From Anthoceros angustus (lineage: Eukaryota > Plantae > Anthocerotophyta): a stretch of 64,000 bases of DNA. The position numbers and the translations under genes were made by a program. The notes under the pieces were generated by a model. The model was not told the DNA's origin and did no database searches. It worked only from the letters and a program-made list of their open reading frames with translations. Below are positions 33,853-45,663 of this stretch, in pieces (the stretch's first letter is position 1; each line of letters opens with the position of its first letter). The DNA lies in contig VJWM01000044.1 in the NCBI GenBank assembly GCA_010909165.1, positions 1,550,001 through 1,614,000 on the forward strand, written 5' to 3'.

Positions 33853-36538
33853 CTACGGCCTTGGGGTTCCTCCTGCCATTTGTAATACCACGTCGTGACC
33901 ACCTGCATTCGTGATTACCCGCTGTCTCCCAGATTGGGATTGAGGGCTCCTGCTATCTTCACGGCTGTTGCCTCGGTTGGTTTCATCTCGCACCCTAAGC
34001 CGCTTCTGAGCTCGTCTTCTCCATCCGTGGAGAGCTCCCTTCACGTTTCCCCCTAGTTTGTAAGAGGAGCCCTTCTGCAGCAATGCGGCGGTTCTCCTAG
34101 GGTAAGTGCCAGGAGTAGAGACAGTTTCCCATTGTCCAGGAAAGGAACATTCCCATGGAGAGGTCTGAGTTTGTACCTGGCTCACGAGGGCGTAGAGCGG
34201 CAGGGTGGTGTGGCTACAGACAACTTGAACCGAGACCCTGTGCGGGAAAAGATCAGCATTTTGAGAAGCAGAGAGGGGCATATTTGCAACCTAGTGAGGG
34301 AAGTTGTGGATTACCCCAGCAGGAGGCGAATGATGCTGTACACCTTGTGTTCCAGAAAACAAGATTTAAGAGAGAATTGCCACTGCAGAAGAGACGACAA
34401 CCAGCCAGAATTCAGATGAAAGCACAATATGCATGTAAGATGCCAGGCAAAGGGATCCGGGTTGTTCCCTTACCCAGAACAAGGTTGCCAGCCCAAAGGC
34501 ATTCTGGCACACAACGACGGACAAGCGGGTCAATTTCAGGAAATGCCATGTCCAACAACCACCAGAACGAGGTGGACTTGAGGTGGTATATGGCACATGC
34601 ATGAGAGCATTACCTGGAACAGGATGAAGTGAATTAACCGCAGCACGAACCGAGGATCTTTGAACCAGAATAGCTGATCACGGGGCTGCACTGTATGCGG
34701 GGCATATTCATCTGATGGACCTACACTTTCTATTGCAAGAGTGGCGATGGCATGTTGCAGCTTTGTATCAATTATGAGCAACGTCTGCAGTGGAGAAGGA
34801 GTTAGCCTTGTGTGTATTCCAGGTCTCATGGGTAACGCTGCACTTTGACACAGCGTGGGAGTCTTACAAGGGGTGGAACGAGGAATATCCAGAAGTAGAA
34901 GTCCGTGCCTGCAGACAGGAATTTTCATATCCCCACATGAATGCAGTGCCAGCGGCATAGGACAAAACGTAAAGGATTTTGGATCTTCTGCTACTGTCTC
35001 TGAGATAGAACAACGCACGATCTGAAGAGCGAACACAACCTACCTGATTCCTACGATCTCTTTAAACTCGTCCTCCACTGCCCGCAGCATGTAGGTGTGA
35101 AAATCAAATTTTTTGTCGAGGTTGTGCTTCTGAGCAAGTGGATGGACAAAAGTTAGACAGGTTTGCTGCCAAGCCCTTTCTCACAATCGGGCCACAGGCA
35201 AAATCGAGATTACTGAGCTAAGCACACCGGATGAGACATACACTGATAAAACCCAGTCGCAAGGCTAGGTAGTCTGCCTGGGTCACGGATCCATAAGATT
35301 GCCTGAAGAAGCAAACCTAACAGGAAGTTCGAAGCAGAAGCAATAAGCAACAAACGCAATGAAGAACACAACTTTCGGTAGTAAACTCGTCAGTGATGAC
35401 CAATCGCCTCAAGGATGGCATTATGTCGTACAATCCAGAGAAATAAGCGATTCTTGCTCCAAGTAGTCGAGGTATGGAAGCGAAGGAACGTGGACTGACG
35501 GTTCATTGTCAATGCCCTTGTGTGCTGTGCAAGATTTCCAAGGCAGTGATCCAATACATCAATCAGCCCAAGGGATTAGCAATTCCAGACATTCACAAGA
35601 TGGGAAAGACAAATTTGTGTCGGGCACCAGTTACCTTTCATATTATCATGGTTGTCCGCTTGAACCTCCACCTCCCATTTTTTCCAGAAATGTATCTGCA
35701 GATCCAATTGAATCAGCCAAGTATACGAATTAGCCACATATCCTGAGAGAGCCTGCTGTTGACAAGTTCATCAGAAAGAGGAAGAGAAGGGAAGTACTCT
35801 GAGCCTTGACAGAACCATAGTCAGAGCTGACTACGCAACATGCACAACTGATAGGACGAAGATAACAATATGCAGTTGGTGAATTCCTTCGGTAGAGATG
35901 AGCGGTTGACGCTGCGCAGACGCAACACGGTCCGAGTAAGCTTGCCTGGGACGAAAATCGGAAATAAGACAAAAGTGCTGCACCTGGTGGAAGTGAAGAA
36001 CGCACCCCGGCGGAACAACCACCCTGGCATGCATACGTGGCTTCCCCTTCACCTGCGAGAAATCGTCATTGTACAAATTCTACAAGGCCAGTCTCTAACC
36101 GCCTTGGTCCACTTTCATCTACTTTGGAGACCGATTTGGCAGCTGCAGTGGCACCACAAGCAAGGCCGCTTCCTGCATCATGCGCTGCGCAGGGCGTCCA
36201 CTTTTTCAGCACACTGGCTGGAAGGCAGATCTTGACGACGTAGTACAGCGTGACAGTGACCAGGAGGGACATGAACCCCAACAGCATCAACTCTGCAGAT
36301 TGAACACCACGGCACACTGCAAGCCTGAGCCACCTAACCTCTCGAAAGCAAAACATTCGCAACAACAACAAATTCACGTCAGCCCAGAGCCCAGCAACAA
36401 GAAAGTGCAGCAGCTGTGGCCGAGCCGATGAATGGCCCTCTCCACCATGAACGAAATGACGATAAACACACCGCAGACGATGGCGATGACCCATGACGGA
36501 GTGAGGGCCAGCGACCTTCCCTCAGACCCGCCTGCCAT
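33853..36538 (-). pseudogene. MLO: MLO-family pseudogene, paralogue of 59741-62703
   Basis: [51 protein letters not shown]. In-frame TGA at 36066-36068 and TAG at 35831-35833. Exons 2 and 9 of the intact paralogue are not found. Confidence 0.85.
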
Positions 36539-37112
36539 TCTCAAGCCTGTCCGAGCTCCTCTTCTGGAGCTCGGTCAGACCCGGCCTGTGCTCCCTCCCA
36601 GAATTCCACCACCAGATGCGTCCATCGCGTGGTGGGCAGCACTGCCCTTGCAATTCTCAATGCGTGCTTCCACGCTGAGGGCGTGTGCTTTACAATACAA
36701 GGCCCAGATAGATCTCCAATGCGGTCAAAAGCGACACGTCAGAGATGTCCGAAAGCACGCGACAGCGATCTTACGCTGGTGCAGAGGCGAGTGGTGCGAC
36801 GGGACTCAGGAGGGCTGCCCGTGCTCCAGTGCTCCAGTCTCCGGCGGCAGGCGTCTGGATTTGGTAATGCAGTCCGGTACCGATTATCTGATTCACCAGT
36901 GACGTTCACACGCTGCAAAGGGCGATTGCGCATCCTTCGTCCTGTCTCTACCGACTGCCTGCTTGACTTGACTGACATCAATGACGCAAACCACCGAGCA
37001 TTACGGGACTGGGATCATCCAAGAAAGCAGGTACTAGGAACGTACACACTATGCTACACACTGTCCCTGACACGCTGGGACCTGGGACCTGGGACCAGTC
37101 CACACCGACCAG

Positions 37113-37251
37113 AGCTTTCTCTTGGGCAAATCACCGGCAGGTGTTTCCAGGGAGGGTCGGAACCGCCGATTGCCATTGTGCGCGCGCCGCCCCACACCTA
37201 CCAGAGCAGCTTTCTCCTGGGCAAATCACAGGCAGGCGTTTCCAGGGAGGG
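37113..37251. repeat. ~45 bp direct repeat x2 (AGCTTTCTC.TGGGCAAATCAC..GCAGG.GTTTCCAGGGAGGG)
   Basis: Copies at about 37113 and 37208. Confidence 0.75.
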
Positions 37252-37764
37252 CAACAACTGCCGCGGAATAATCTCCGCGCAAACTGCCCAGTTCTTTACT
37301 AGCTGTACAGGATTCCTCCATTATCCATTTCACTTTTTCGAGTATCGGACTAGTCTACCAGTCGCTTCGCTTCTTTCCGCATTTGCCATACTTCTCCTGT
37401 CGTAGGGGTTCCGGGTATCCATAGGGTCTGCTGTGAGACTTCAACAGAATCCATTATTTAGCGATAATCCAATAGAATGAAAATGATATCGATAGCCATA
37501 GGACTAGAATCGATCTCGTCTGTTCGTGTCGGCATAAGTCCATTGGAAAAATTGCTGGAAACGCATTTAAAACTCTGGTAGGAATGGGGCACCCTCAAGC
37601 TACGAATGAGGGGTCTGCCGGTTTCGTTCTCTCGAGGCCTTGAGGCCTTGAGAAGAGTGTACACATTTTCTTTATCTATGATATTGCCACGTCCTTGTGG
37701 GGCCATCCAGTCTTGGCTTTGTGGTTGATGATCTCGTGTTGATGTGCAGAAGCAACGTGAAAGC

Positions 37765-40677
37765 TGGGTAAACGTACAAAGGTGCGACAATTTTTCTTTG
37801 TTACAGCAGATCAGTCAGATTACATGGGATTATTGCTCTTGTTCACATGGCTCTTGTTATGCTTGCATGTGTGTAGCAGGGCCTATGAGGTGGTGCGACG
37901 GTTGGGCAAGAATGATGGTCAGGTGTCTCTTCAGTGAATGGCATGAACTGTCTTGAGTCGGTCAGCTGGGTCTTCATCACTCCCGCTTAGTTCAAGCCAT
38001 CTCAAGAATGCTGCTTACTTGCGGTGTCCACGAGACGGCCTCAGCCCAATAACCACTTGACAGAGTGGCATGTGAGAGCATGGCCCTGGCCATCTCCTGG
38101 AGCCTTCAGTTGCGGTTCTCGGCGATACCATTTTGCGCATGGGCGTATGGGACGGTGACTTGTCAAGTGATGCCTCGTTCTGTAAGGCAAGAGTTTAATT
38201 CGCCAGAGAGGAATTCACCTCCTCCATCCGAGCATACACAGTGAGCTTGTAGGCAGTCTGAAGTTCAGCCATTGCGTGGAACTCCTTGAACTTGGTAAAG
38301 GCTTCACTCTTGAGCTGGAGGAAGTAGGTGTGGATCATACAAGGCTTGTCGTCGATGACAGGCATAAAGTAGGAAGCTCCTCCAAACAAATGTGTGGACA
38401 TGGGTCCGCAAAGATCAATATGCACCAGCTCAAGTAGCTCGGTGGCTCGGTGAGAGGAAGTACGTGGGTATGGCACTTCCTTACTTTTTGCTAGCAGACA
38501 TCCTTCACAGAATAGAGAGTTACTGAATTCGGGAAGGGGTTTATCATAAAGCTAACTAGCTTTCATTTCTTTCATCCACCTCAAGTTGGGGTGACCTAAA
38601 CGTAGGTGCCAGAGCTTGGTTATCTCTGCCTTTGACGAAGTCCGAGCTAAGTGAGCTGATCCTAGAAGTGAGGAGGCTTCCAAGAGGTAGAACCTGTCTT
38701 CCTTTGATCCGTGGCAGGTGACCTCAACGGGGTTATCATAGGGACAAATCTCGCATTTTTGAGCTTTGAAGTGAATCTCATACTGCTTGTTATCCGTTAT
38801 CTAGAGTGCTCACAGATACCAGGTTCTTGCTGACCGTCGGCACATGGAACACATTTGAAAGTGATATCGTGCCTCCAGTTCTGCACTGTAGGATAACTGT
38901 GCCAGTGCCAATTACTTCTGTAGACCTGTTGTTAACTACATAAATCGATCCTCCTCCATGTGGAATTCGATAGGTGCTTAAACAATTGCGGTCTTTGTAG
39001 ACATGAGCTGACGCGCTGCTATCCAAGTACCAGGAGGAGTAGCTTCCAGTGGTGGTGGTCAGCATGGTAATCAGAATTGTTGGCGGTCTCTGTATAAGGT
39101 GGGCACTTGGGGAACCTTGTCTTCTTGGTTCGCTTGCTTCTTGGCAGTCTAGTTCATAATACTGACTTCTGCACGATTTGATTCCCCTTACGATGGGGGT
39201 TAGCAAGGCCTGATTGGGAAGAACCTTCCCCTCCCTTCCTGCTTTGCCAGTTCATGTTTCGCATCTATCTTTGTCCGTTAGATTGTGAGGTGAAGAGAGC
39301 TTACGCTAGGGCTACACTCTTGGAGGGACCCCTAGCAGAGTCCTCCTCAATTATTGCAGCGATGACCAACGAGAGGGTTATGAGTTCTCCTAGCTTGAGC
39401 TTCTTCGCGTGTGCAGACTGCTTCATGAGGCTGTTCTGGTTGCGACAAATGTGCGCCAACTTGTCGGCAGGGTCATCAGGAGGGCTATGGCCACCTGATG
39501 CTCTGTTAAGGTAGTCCCGTAGGAGGCCAGTCTTGCCCTCAAAGTGCGGAAGGTGCTAAGATGTGCCTGGATGCTTTCCCAGTCCTTATATTTAAGGTTG
39601 TGGAAGTTCCTTACGGCGGTGGCCGAGTGCTGGGCATCGGTGGCTTCAAACATTTGTGTGAAGTATTCCTAGATGGTTTGTGTCGTTAAGGCACCGAAGG
39701 TGTGATGAACCATAGCTTTGTCAAGCCCGGCAATTAGCAGATTGTGGGCTCTTCTGTCGGATTTTATCTATTGATCGTAGTCTGGGGTTCCTTATGTGGG
39801 GCAGGGCACCGACCCATTGACTATTGTCCATAGGTCTGCGTCCTCAAGATGTCCCTGCATTCGGGTGGCCCAGACATCGTAGTCTACACCCGTGAATCTG
39901 TCCTTTTCCTTTATTTCGATGCGGAGGTTAGCGTAGTGTTGTGTGATAGGGTTTGCGGCACCACCACCACCACCACCACCACCACCACCACCACCTCCAC
40001 CACCGGTGCGCCTCCACCACCACCACCACCACCACTATCGCGCTCACTGAGCTCCGAGGTTGACATGGTTAGGTCTTATTCACGAAGCTTCATCGCTGTT
40101 GACAGTGATGGCTTGGGGGATTTGGGGCCTCACACGCCTGGAGAAGATCCTTCACGTCTCTCAATATGATGCCTAGGAGGCTGCGCGGCAGGCGTGTCTC
40201 TGTGCTTGTTTTCAATCTGGTGGAGCTTCTTCAGCACGCGGCTCTCCAAGGTAGACGGTTTGATGTTTCTTCGGTTTGGTGCTACTTCTTCCATTCTCCT
40301 CACAGATCTGCATCTGCACCGTGGAGAACCGGGAGGGGGATAACTTAATTGGAGAGAGTGTTCCTCATGCGCTGGTCTTGCCCACGGACGGGCTCCCCTC
40401 CTCCAAGCCATGAGGTAACCCTTCCAGTGGCATGTCTTAATCCTCTTGCTCTGACACCATGGGTCAACGTACAAAGGTGCGACAATGATTTTTCTTTGTT
40501 ACAGCAGATCAGTCGGATTACATCGGGTTATTGCTCTTGTTCACATCGCTCTTGTTATGCTTGCATGTGTGTAGCAGGGCCTATGAGGAGGTGCGACGTT
40601 TGGGCAAGAATGATGCTCAGGTGTCTCTTCAGTGAGTGGCGTGAACTTTCTTGAGTCGGTCAGCCGGGTCTTCATCA
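37765..40677 (-). mobile_element. Internally deleted Ty1/Copia LTR retrotransposon (gag, protease, partial integrase; no RT or RNase H)
   Basis: TG..CA LTRs at 37765-37979 and 40460-40677; TSD AAAGC at 37760-37764 and 40678-40682; PBS TGGTGTCAGAGC at 40448-40459; PPT AGCGGGAG at 37980-37987. Motifs WYLDSSAS, LWHLRLGH, LELVHIDLCGP. Confidence 0.93.
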
Positions 40678-41224
40678 AAAGCACGGCAGCGTGTGACCAC
40701 GTCCATATTTGGGTGCTATCAAGTGACCACGTTTTCCACAAATGGACATTTGTTATGAGGGGGAGGTACTGGTGCTGCTCATTCACACCCTTTGATTGCT
40801 CACTTGGCCTCTTAACTAAGAGGAGCCGTCGTGACTTCAACGAATGGCGCATTGTTCGAGCTGTCGTGACTTTAACGAATGGCGCATTGTTCCTTTCTAG
40901 TATTGGCGACAATAGCGCATTGTTCCATTGTAATGGCAACAACATTTTTTATGCGTCTTTTCTTTTTAGCATATGCAAACTTTATTTCTCCTGCTTGCTA
41001 TCATCCCTATATAATTCATTTTCACTATCAGGCAATGCATTGACATCATCCTTTGTAAGCCTGTTTGAGGAAAGGAATCATGTCATTCACTATAATGCAA
41101 AGTGCTATGTGCATCAACTTTTTTTTTTTGTGAATTAAGAAACTTTATAAATATTTCAAAGTATACATCGAAGTCCCGCACTGGGATTTTGATCTAGAGT
41201 TATCCCATAGAGTAATAACAACGG

Positions 41225-41295
41225 TGGCCCCGCACATTGTGGAGGTAAGGGCATGATGTTGGCCCCACACATTGTGGAGGTAAGGGCATGATGTT
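41225..41295. repeat. 35-bp tandem duplication TGGCCCC(G/A)CACATTGTGGAGGTAAGGGCATGATGT
   Basis: Seen directly in the sequence. Confidence 0.85.
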
Positions 41296-42050
41296 TATAC
41301 TATAACAGGTGCACCCACAAGTCCGTGAAGCTGGGGGATGGTTGACACTCCATCCAAGCAATGATCCGTCCGAAGGACACTTAACTATGGAGTTCATAAC
41401 TTAATTATGGAGTTCTAATGAACTCATATCTCAATGTCCCTCCATGAAGGGAGGATATCATCTGTCTTATTTAGAGCTTCAATGCTTCATCCACAAGTCG
41501 ATAGAAGTGCTAGGGTAGACAATGAGCATCTCTTACGGTCTTGTCCATACCCCAATAACTTGACTTTCGTAAGTACTTGTCGGTCTTGTATGTATTGCCG
41601 CGGTAACATGGCCTTGATCTCGTAGGCAATGGAAACCACTTCCAAAGTTTGCTAGGTTGTGCAACCACATTGTTACAAAGTGGTGATTGTAAGACGGATG
41701 TTGTTGAACGGAAATATAATCTGTTGAACGGTCCTGGTGGAGTGCCCGCTCAACTCAATATCTCCAAAAAATAAACCACTCAAACTTAACGGGTTCGCTA
41801 AGATTAATGAAGGTACGGACAAAAGAATGGTTTGGCTAGATGCATGAGTCAGCAACATGTTGAGCGCAAATGGTCTCACGGAAACCAACCCTTAGGGCGG
41901 TTTGTATGTCACTCTTCTTGGTTTAGTAACCATGGCCTGGGTTTGGCTATACATTTGCATACTCATACTTGATTGCTTTTTCTCTCCAAGAAATGAACAA
42001 TATATAACTAGTTTTGGCGGGTTTCATTAAACCACGTTTTGATCGTCACT

Positions 42051-42175
42051 GGGTCATGTGCTGGTTTCGGGGGGTTTAGGAAGGTATGTGTAGTTGTAGG
42101 GGTCATATGCGGGTTTAGGGGGATTAAGGGGGTTTAGTGGGTCATGTGCGGGTTTAGGGGGGTCACCCCTAAACC
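42051..42175 (+). repeat. Degenerate GGGTTTAGG / GGGTCATRTGC repeats ending in a 10-bp-stem hairpin
   Basis: Several GGGTTTAG(G) units; GGTTTAGGGG (42151-42160) pairs with CCCCTAAACC (42166-42175). Confidence 0.65.
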
Positions 42176-43304
42176 TCCGTCGTGCAAAGACGAGACAAAA
42201 GTTCCTTGCACCAAAACTACTAACAAGCTTCACAAAATTGCAAACAAGCTTTTGCAGATACTAACCTTGTTAACAATATATGCATAACATCAAGAAAGAT
42301 TCCAACTATGTATTTTCTATAAAATATTAAACTTAAAAATGCATCATACCTAGAAGCATAAAATATCATGTAGAGATTGATAAAATCAAATAATATCTTG
42401 TAGTGAACTAAGTGCGATAGGAAGGAAAAACCGAAGCCACCAACCCTCCAACGAATGCACTTCATGATATGGAGACAATCCCTCTGGGACTGGGCGGTTG
42501 ATTTGGAACGTCCCAGGCTAAATTCAACAGAAAGGTATTCATTCACGAGACCTGAGCTGCGGCTCGGTTCGGTACCCGATCCCACAGCCCCGATCCGATA
42601 TACAAGGGCCATGTCGGAGGGGCAATGTAAGTAGGCCATCACCAAGCCCAACTTCTTTGGTCTGATGAAACACCCTGCTGATAACCTCCAGTCCTTGTTC
42701 CATAGCAGCAGTAGGCGTTTAGTATCCAGAGCTGGTTTTGAGAAACCCATCCCCAAACTGGCGATGGGGGTCTGTCGGTGTGAAGAGCAAATCTGCCGGG
42801 AAACATAAACAACTGGAATGAAAAAACATGCAAGCCGTTCTTATCAACCAAGAGAGCGTGAACACAAAAGCACCTTGACAGTTGCACGCAACACATGTAC
42901 ATAGTCTATTCCAAAACCCATATAAAGATACCGCATGCATGAAGGCTACAGTGCTCCGCTGAAGAAGACCAGTGACGCCAGTACCTACAGCTGTCATGCT
43001 CCGCAGGTCGTCTCCGAAATCGTATCTTCGCACGACATGCAGCATTTGCAACTTCAGTCATCGAATCACATGGCAGCTTGTCCAGGCTCATTGACTGGTA
43101 CTTCCGTGAAGTGGGTTGCCAAGTACCTTTAGCCTCCACTGAATACCATCACGCATTAAAAAAATGAAACCGCTACCTTCGGCCATGGCTGGCAGTGGTT
43201 GTGCAAATGCACCAGGGTGAAACCTGGGAATGGCCTAAGGCCCGTCCATTCCTTTGCATCACCTGCTGCCTCATTTGAAGACACTCACCAACGTTCTTCA
43301 GGTC

Positions 43305-45011
43305 CTACTTTTGAGGATCCACGAACTGGAGTATGTCAATAACAGTGGAGGTGATAGTGCAGACTGTGAGGAGAAGGAACAGGAGGGAGCCACCTATAAC
43401 CCACGGTCTGGACGAGTCGCAGTAAGTTCGCTTGAACTCATACCACCTGCTCTGGACAACCTTGGTATAATGCTTACACATAGCGCTCACCATGGCTTCC
43501 CAAGCATCGCTGTGAATAGGCTCAGACAAGCCATCACACATGTGGTTCCACATGACTGCAGCTTTGTCGTCGTCAAGTAGATTAACAATCACGCCCCGCT
43601 TGGAAAGCACTTGCACATCTTCCTTGCTGTCCACCAACTGGTCCATGAGCTGAAGGTAGCTCCGAACGAAGTACCTGTCCGGGTAGCACAGCTGCTCATA
43701 CAAGCCAAGGTTGCGGAAGACGGCAGCCGTGTTGTTGGTGATCTTGACCTTGGGCAAGCAGAGAGTAGGGTGCCGCCACAGCCCGCTCCTGGCCTCGAAC
43801 TGCACGTCCTGCAGAGTCACAGCCGTGGCCCTAACCACGATCCCGGCCTCCGCAAGCTTGCTGGCAGGCAGAACCCGATACAGCTCCAACTCCTCCGCCC
43901 CCGTCTTATCATCCATGCTGGTGGAGTGCCAGAAATGGTACCGGATGCTCCACCAGGACACCATGCGGCGAGCCAGGAGCTCGAGGAATCCCACCACCGT
44001 GCTGGGCACTGGGTTGTACCAGGACAATTGCAGGGACTCCGTCTTGTCCGGGTTCGACCCTCTCCCGCACACCACCCGGTAGACGCAGTCCAGAATGTGC
44101 ATGTTCTCCGACAGCCCTATCACTACCTTGCTGTTCAGGATGTTGTCATGCAATCGCGCCCTGTTGCAGATGAAGGGGAAGCAGCGCACCACAGCCTGGG
44201 TGAGGGCAAATTCGAGGGAGTCGGTGTGGGTGGCGGTGAAGTCATCGTACATCCGGTGCAGGGCCTTGTTCACCATGAAGAGGACGCCCATGGGGATCTG
44301 GTTCTCCAGGAGCACGAGATCGGTGAAGAAGGATCCCAAGCGGCCCTCCAGGCCCCCTTCCCGCACTACGTGCTGGAAATGCTGCTGGAAGAGAGCCGCG
44401 GGAGCTTTCCTGTGGAAGAAATTCGTAGACTCGTCCAGGCTGTTGCTCAGGGTGCACAGCACCACCAGCACGAACACTGCATCCAGAGCCAGTCGGTGCT
44501 GGATGTCGGGATTGGCTGCCTCCAGCTTGACGGACTCCGCAGTGGAGTAGTAGACAGCATATGCTCCCTTCCACGGGAAGTTCTTGTCGAGGATGATGGA
44601 GTTCACAAACCCATGCCAGCCATGGGTCACGTCGCCGGTGGAAGAGAAACGCTCAATGTCGTCGTCAGGGTGTCTGCGCTTGAAGTGGGATCCCACAACA
44701 GCCGCAATTGCGCGCTTGATTCTCTCGGAGGTGGAATCCATGGCTTCATCGCTGGCGTTGTGGTGAAGCAGGCCCAGCCGGAATTCTTGAGGCTTGAAGG
44801 CCTCGGGATAGGGATGCGCGATGGTGTTCATGTGTTCGGGGACTAAAGGAATGGTCGTGTTCCGGACCCACCAACCCAGCCTTGCCATGTCCGCACGCTC
44901 TTGATCCTTCCTCATAGCCTGGAGCAGGCGACCCGCCCACAGGTCTTTAAGCTTTCGCATTGGACTGTCATCCCGCTCCACATCCTCGTCCTCTACCAAG
45001 TCCTGCAACAT
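43305..45011 (-). CDS. DUF247 (UPF0481) family protein with C-terminal TM helix; intronless
   Basis: DLVLLENQIP, HILDCV, PASKLAEAGI, LCLPKVKI...FRNLGLYEQ, SYLQLMDQLVDSKEDVQVLSKRGVI, and a hydrophobic C-terminus. Confidence 0.92.
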   Translation of the reverse strand: MLQDLVEDEDVERDDSPMRKLKDLWAGRLLQAMRKDQERADMARLGWWVRNTTIPLVPEHMNTIAHPYPEAFKPQEFRLGLLHHNASDEAMDSTSERIKRAIAAVVGSHFKRRHPDDDIERFSSTGDVTHGWHGFVNSIILDKNFPWKGAYAVYYSTAESVKLEAANPDIQHRLALDAVFVLVVLCTLSNSLDESTNFFHRKAPAALFQQHFQHVVREGGLEGRLGSFFTDLVLLENQIPMGVLFMVNKALHRMYDDFTATHTDSLEFALTQAVVRCFPFICNRARLHDNILNSKVVIGLSENMHILDCVYRVVCGRGSNPDKTESLQLSWYNPVPSTVVGFLELLARRMVSWWSIRYHFWHSTSMDDKTGAEELELYRVLPASKLAEAGIVVRATAVTLQDVQFEARSGLWRHPTLCLPKVKITNNTAAVFRNLGLYEQLCYPDRYFVRSYLQLMDQLVDSKEDVQVLSKRGVIVNLLDDDKAAVMWNHMCDGLSEPIHSDAWEAMVSAMCKHYTKVVQSRWYEFKRTYCDSSRPWVIGGSLLFLLLTVCTITSTVIDILQFVDPQK

Positions 45012-45663
45012 CCTGACTAGCTACAAGCTTGCTAGCTCCCGAAGGAGCTCAGCGTCTCACGGTGAACAGCAATCCGGGAGTGCTCTTGCAACGTATGCAC
45101 GACATTACTGGTCCATTAGATCGTTGATGGAGGCAGCCCGCCTCTCCTCAGGCCACCACATTTCCCGACGCTTCAATGCCGTAATGTCGCGTGGAACCCT
45201 TGCACAAAGTGCATCAGTGTCGCATTTTTGGCTCCGACAGACATACGGGCTAACGCCTGGCCAGTTGAGTTGGTCGTGGACGATGTCAACTTGAGAAATG
45301 CCAAGGCAATTGCATTTGTACAAATTGAACTCTTCAGTCTATTAGAAGCTCCTCAGCTGGATCAATAGCGTGCGCTCCATTTTCCTCTCCTGGAGATCAT
45401 GAAGCTCTCAAGGGCAAAGAGCTGGCCAGCGTTTTGGTTATCTTGGGGGAAAAGAGCCAGCCATTTGATTCTCTCGTAAGAAAAGAGCCAGCCATTTCCT
45501 TCTCTGGAGGGAAGAGAGCCAGCTTCTTTTCTGCAGAGCCTGGAAGGGCGTGGTGAGATGCTGGGCCCAAAGTGCCGATCTAGTATATTAAAAGTTGGCC
45601 ACCACCGCCTAACCAAAACGTAGGGGGAATCTTGTAAGGACCGGTGTGCCCACACACCTCTAG

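Noticed and set aside
35831-36068. MLO stop codons as RNA-editing or readthrough sites
   Set aside because: U-to-C editing in these plants is organellar, TAG-to-Tyr is not fixable by it, and whole exons are also missing.
43611-44846. 411-aa plus-strand ORF
   Set aside because: Antisense shadow of the high-GC3 DUF247 gene.
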